From Geotalea daltonii FRC-32 (GTDB lineage: Bacteria > Desulfobacterota > Desulfuromonadia > Geobacterales > Geobacteraceae): a stretch of 32,000 bases of DNA. Every line of letters starts with the position of its first letter. Position 1 is the stretch's first letter. The stretch is taken from assembly GCF_000022265.1 (NCBI RefSeq), contig NC_011979.1, positions 390,001-422,000 on the forward strand, written 5' to 3'. Both the position numbers and the translations under genes were made by a program. The notes under the pieces are model-generated. The model worked only from the letters and a program-made list of their open reading frames with translations, made no database searches and was not told where the DNA came from. This document shows positions 31,562 through 32,000 of the stretch, piece by piece.

Positions 31562-32000
31562 GGTTGTGATCCTCCGTGTCGTTATGGGTATGGGGATGCC
31601 CGTGGAGATGGGCATGGCTATGTTCCTGTTGCCTCTGCAGCGCCGACAGGCGGGTTGTGGCAGGTTCACTCCCTTTGTCCCAGCCGAGGGCGGCCCTTCT
31701 TTCGTCAAAGTCGGCAACGATCCGCCGTGCCAGTGCGACCGGGTCTTGATCGATCACCATAACCGCACCGAGCAGTTCCCGGGTGTCCTCGTAAATGAAG
31801 CGGGCGACCTTTTCCGAACCATCCACCGGCGGGGCAATGCAGTGATAGGAGTTAAGGCCCAGCAGGCGGAAACCGAGAGCGGCCCCCAGCCCCTTTTCGT
31901 TGGACCATTCCGGGCTGGAAAAGGCCAGCGGCAGACGCTTGAGCGGTTCATTGGCGGCATTGGATATGGTGCGGAAAAAAACCGAGGCGCGGGCATTGTC
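31554..32000 (-). CDS. C-terminal part of an anaerobic Ni-CO dehydrogenase catalytic subunit (CooS)-like protein with His-rich tail; N-terminus lies beyond the window
   Basis: The frame is open from position 32000 down to the TAG at 31554. LPLAFSSPEWSNEKGLGAALGFRLLGL...APPVDGSEKVARFIYEDTRELLGAVMVIDQDPVALARRIVADFDERRAALG parallels the CooS C-terminus pattern (LPL..SAPE..SEKA...G...PPV.GS..V......L.G...V..DP......I..RR..LG). The tail is EHSHAHLHGHPHTHNDTEDHNHE. Confidence 0.6.
   Translation of the reverse strand, partial: DNARASVFFRTISNAANEPLKRLPLAFSSPEWSNEKGLGAALGFRLLGLNSYHCIAPPVDGSEKVARFIYEDTRELLGAVMVIDQDPVALARRIVADFDERRAALGWDKGSEPATTRLSALQRQQEHSHAHLHGHPHTHNDTEDHNHE

Overview
GC-rich (by eye about 60%) chromosomal segment with a Geobacter/Desulfuromonadota-like gene set (taxon is an inference from gene content only). 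It is mostly ordinary envelope and housekeeping genes. In order: a partial polytopic glycosyltransferase-like gene, OmpA with thrombospondin-type-3 repeats, mscL, a PEBP protein, a HAD hydrolase, an FKBP isomerase, a membrane protein, the NHEJ pair ligD and ku, a GH100-like hydrolase, a rhodanese, and an overlapping holin-X/DUF3618/unknown operon. These are followed by small lipoproteins, a DUF1328 gene missed by the ORF track, an AI-2E transporter, tamA and tamB, hemG, and a WG-repeat protein. Next is a lower-GC islet (about 23.17-25.93 kb) holding a HigB/HigA-like toxin-antitoxin pair, a stand-alone AICAR-transformylase (PurH C-domain) gene and a frameshifted DUF5710-like gene. The window ends with slp, a CoA-pyrophosphatase-type Nudix gene, a yceI-CDGSH operon, and a NitT/TauT-type ABC transporter translationally coupled to the 3' end of a CooS-like Ni-CO-dehydrogenase gene with a His-rich tail. 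I saw no rRNA, tRNA, CRISPR array, transposase or integrase. The most interesting unexplained signal is a roughly 170-200 nt intergenic repeat present three times (8772-8938 in one orientation; 27261-27462 and 28599-28798 in the other). It has a long closing stem, nested helices that change sequence between copies while staying complementary, and conserved unpaired blocks. This points to a structured ncRNA family or a MITE/ERIC-like palindromic element under structural selection. Second is a dense array of TATA-centred CCT...AGG boxes, including a duplicated 35-bp promoter-like module, upstream of the stand-alone PurH-like gene. Many long ORFs in the supplied track are antisense shadow frames and were not called.
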